Source of the DNA: a bacterium
Lineage (GTDB): Bacteria > Zhuqueibacterota > QNDG01 > JAGLOF01
Direction of reading: 5' to 3'
Length of the DNA stretch: 64,000 nucleotides
Assembly: GCA_023139105.1 (NCBI GenBank)
Contig: JAGLOF010000016.1
Coordinates: 959-64,958, forward strand
Shown here piece after piece: positions 63,804-64,000 of the stretch. The notes below the pieces were generated by a model that saw nothing but the letters and a program-made list of their open reading frames with translations, did not search any database and had not been told where the DNA came from. The position numbers and the translations under genes are program-made. Within the stretch, counting starts at the first letter, position 1. Each line of letters begins with the position of its first letter.

Positions 63804-64000
63804 ATGAATTGGGATCTATTAATTCAAAAGGCTATAGAAGTGCGGGAGAACGCCTATGCCCCATATTCTAAATTTAAAGTAGGTGCCGCTCTCTTGACAG
63901 ATGACAATTCTATTATAACCGGCTGTAATGTGGAAAATGTCTCCTATGGCCTTACCACCTGTGCTGAACGTAATGCCGTTTATAAGGCAATGTCCAACGG
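63804..64000 (+). CDS. cdd: cytidine deaminase, N-terminal part (runs off right edge)
   Basis: MNWDLLIQKAIEVRENAYAPYSKFKVGAALLTDDNSIITGCNVENVSYGLTTCAERNAV contains the CAE zinc-site motif. Confidence 0.85.
   Translation, partial: MNWDLLIQKAIEVRENAYAPYSKFKVGAALLTDDNSIITGCNVENVSYGLTTCAERNAVYKAMSN

Overview
This is a 64-kb chromosomal window from a diderm bacterium. From gene content alone I would place it in the FCB superphylum but outside classical Bacteroidia. Supporting signs are a fused lpxC/fabZ, a T9SS type-A C-terminal sorting domain with a PNPFNP motif, and a UpxY-type NusG paralog. Against Bacteroidia, it has sigma70-like TTGACA-N17-TAnnnT promoters and AGGAGG ribosome-binding sites. 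No homology search was run; all functional calls rest on conserved motifs and family signatures read in the supplied translations. Every credible gene left of ~33.2 kb is on the minus strand and every one to the right is on the plus strand. Contents, left to right: (1) 1-4.9 kb is a mosaic toxin-antitoxin / HEPN-MNT island with many decayed fragments. (2) 5.1-13 kb is a surface-polysaccharide locus (wbpD/wbpB/wbpE-like trio, UpxY antiterminator, wecB-like epimerase, Wzc-type tyrosine kinase). (3) lolA-like, ftsK and gcvT follow. (4) 18-33 kb is an envelope supercluster: rseP, dxr, LipM-like ligase, lpxA, lpxC/fabZ, lpxD, 2x skp, bamA, tamB-like, uppS. (5) moxR, terB-like, pyk, an M28 peptidase with a T9SS tail, DUF58 and an orphan histidine kinase follow. 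(6) A complete preQ1 pathway is present (queD, queE, queC, queF, folE2). (7) A GC-richer six-gene TetR / beta-barrel / LolD-like ATPase / 2x FtsX permease / LolA-like module is bracketed by composite repeats. (8) Housekeeping genes close the window (bioY, envC-like, holB, ricT, metG, tatD, rsmA, mgtE, recO, glyQS, ssb, cdd start). I found no rRNA, tRNA or CRISPR array. Five things seem most worth a second look. First, a family of intergenic heptanucleotide tandem arrays that are T-rich on the + strand regardless of gene orientation. Second, CACGG-rich inverted-repeat elements filling every intercistronic gap of the UpxY-controlled polysaccharide operon. Third, the repeat-bracketed Lol-like export module, one of whose flanking repeats carries a ~165-bp MITE-like structured insertion. 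Fourth, the TA island, where toxins are serially broken but antitoxins persist. Fifth, a small IR-bounded DUF559 fragment element. I cannot show that any of these is a truly new system; they are candidates.
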